Assembly (NCBI GenBank): GCA_043228905.1
Contig: JBHGNT010000006.1
Location: 7,688,001 to 7,752,000, forward strand
Direction of reading: 5' to 3'
From: Azolla caroliniana
Lineage: Eukaryota > Plantae > Polypodiophyta
DNA: 64,000 nucleotides
Shown: piece by piece, positions 62,845-64,000 of the stretch
How the letters are laid out: the number at the start of each line of letters is the position of its first letter
How positions within the stretch are numbered: position 1 is the stretch's first letter
Made by a program: the position numbers and the translations under genes
Notes under the pieces: model-generated
Databases searched by the model: none
What the model saw: only the letters and a program-made list of their open reading frames with translations
Told to the model about the DNA's origin: nothing

Positions 62845-63178
62845 TGTTTATGGGTGGGGGGTGGAGCCAAGATCGGCTCCACCCCCCTCCCAAGGGGGTT
62901 TGAGTGTGAGAGGAGAGAGGGAGAGATGAGATGCACAGAGAGAACGAATGAGAGAGAGAGAGAATCAAGACAGACACAATTTAGAGTAACTTTGATATCA
63001 TTTTTTCATGCCCCATGAGTGAGGATTTATATAATAGAAGGATCTTTACAAAAAGCCGAATGGACGTAGGTACACCTACTTACCTCACCTAACACTCACA
63101 CATTCACATTTCATATTACACCTCATACACCACCTTCCACATTACACCTAACCCTCCCGTACACCTATACGGGTAACA
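62845..63178 (-). mobile_element. 334-bp solo LTR in RopGAP intron 17
   Basis: TGTT...AACA termini with perfect 5-bp TSD CTTCA (62840-62844, 63179-63183); TATA-like motif then CT-rich tract on the minus strand; no PBS, PPT or coding sequence adjacent. Confidence 0.85.
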
Positions 63179-64000
63179 CTTCATCAGACTAAAAAAGTTC
63201 ACATCTTCAAAGTCATCTTCCTAATTTTCAGCTATTATCAAAAGATATGATCATGATCCTCACTGATTTCGCTGGATGTTCAACTTGATTCACAAAACTT
63301 CAGTGAAATTATTAAATAGTCCAATAAGAAATAGCACTATTTATCTTTGTCTGTTGCTCCCTTTGAGTTCTCACGATTGGGTTAATAAGATTGTAGTAGA
63401 AAGAAGACGGCCATTAATTCAATCTTATGGAATCGTCTCTCACCTTAACAGGAATGTTGAACAACCCCAATAATCATTATCAAGTAGAATCAGAAGCTTT
63501 TTACCCAAAAAAGATCGATCACATGACTGAGATACTCAAAAACATAGAGGCCTGAGCTTCATGGTCTCTGGCCTCTTGTGGCAGATCACTAACTTCTGCA
63601 TTCTCCCACTACTACAATCTGTAATAATCACCCGCTCAAAATCTCTACATGAATCTGTAATAACACACATCTTCACTCTCCCACTACTACAATCTACAAT
63701 CTACTTTTTTAGACTGTTTTCAAGAGCCCTATTGTTTTCTGTAACTCGTTGAACCCAATGTATGAATACTGCCAAAATGATATCAGTCACTTAGGTTCTT
63801 GCATAAAGTCTCTTCCCCAATCTCAAGTGATGCTAGATAACCTATCATTTCAAAATGAAAGTGCATGTCATTACATCTAGGGAACCCTAATACATGTGAC
63901 ATTCTCAATACATCAGGCTTTGGCTTCAAACATTCTAGTTGGATACTTTTCCCCACTTTTTCTGTTTTTCTGTTTCGAAACTTCTGGCCATATAATGTTA

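Overview
Eukaryotic genomic DNA, most likely from a seed-free land plant (fern/lycophyte/bryophyte-type transposon complement; inferred, not proven). Bases 1-38.1 kb are one nested retrotransposon stack that can be resolved by LTR pairs and target-site duplications (TSDs). An old Ty1/copia element (I) hosts (a) non-chromovirus Ty3/gypsy elements B (containing A) and C (containing D, which contains gag-only LTR elements E and F; F contains an intact Ty1/copia, G) and (b) a chromovirus, H, which contains a hAT-like MITE and an RTEX-like LINE. Bases 38.1-64 kb are AT-rich and carry a MITE inside a (CT)n tract, a 2-exon Cx9C (CMC4-like) gene, decayed TE fragments and the first 17 coding exons of a PH-domain RopGAP (REN/PHGAP) gene with an intronic solo LTR. 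Most notable signals: a conserved -1 ribosomal frameshift cassette (G_GAU_UUU-UAG, stem-loop, possible pseudoknot) between protease and RT; a gag-only partner family with a tRNA-like Pol III A/B-box cassette and repeated hairpins in its LTR; 4-bp, mostly CpG-centred TSDs; a self-priming (tRNA-independent) PBS in the chromovirus; and two unrelated TEs inserted in (CT)n tracts. All analysis was by eye; family names are motif-based and need database confirmation.
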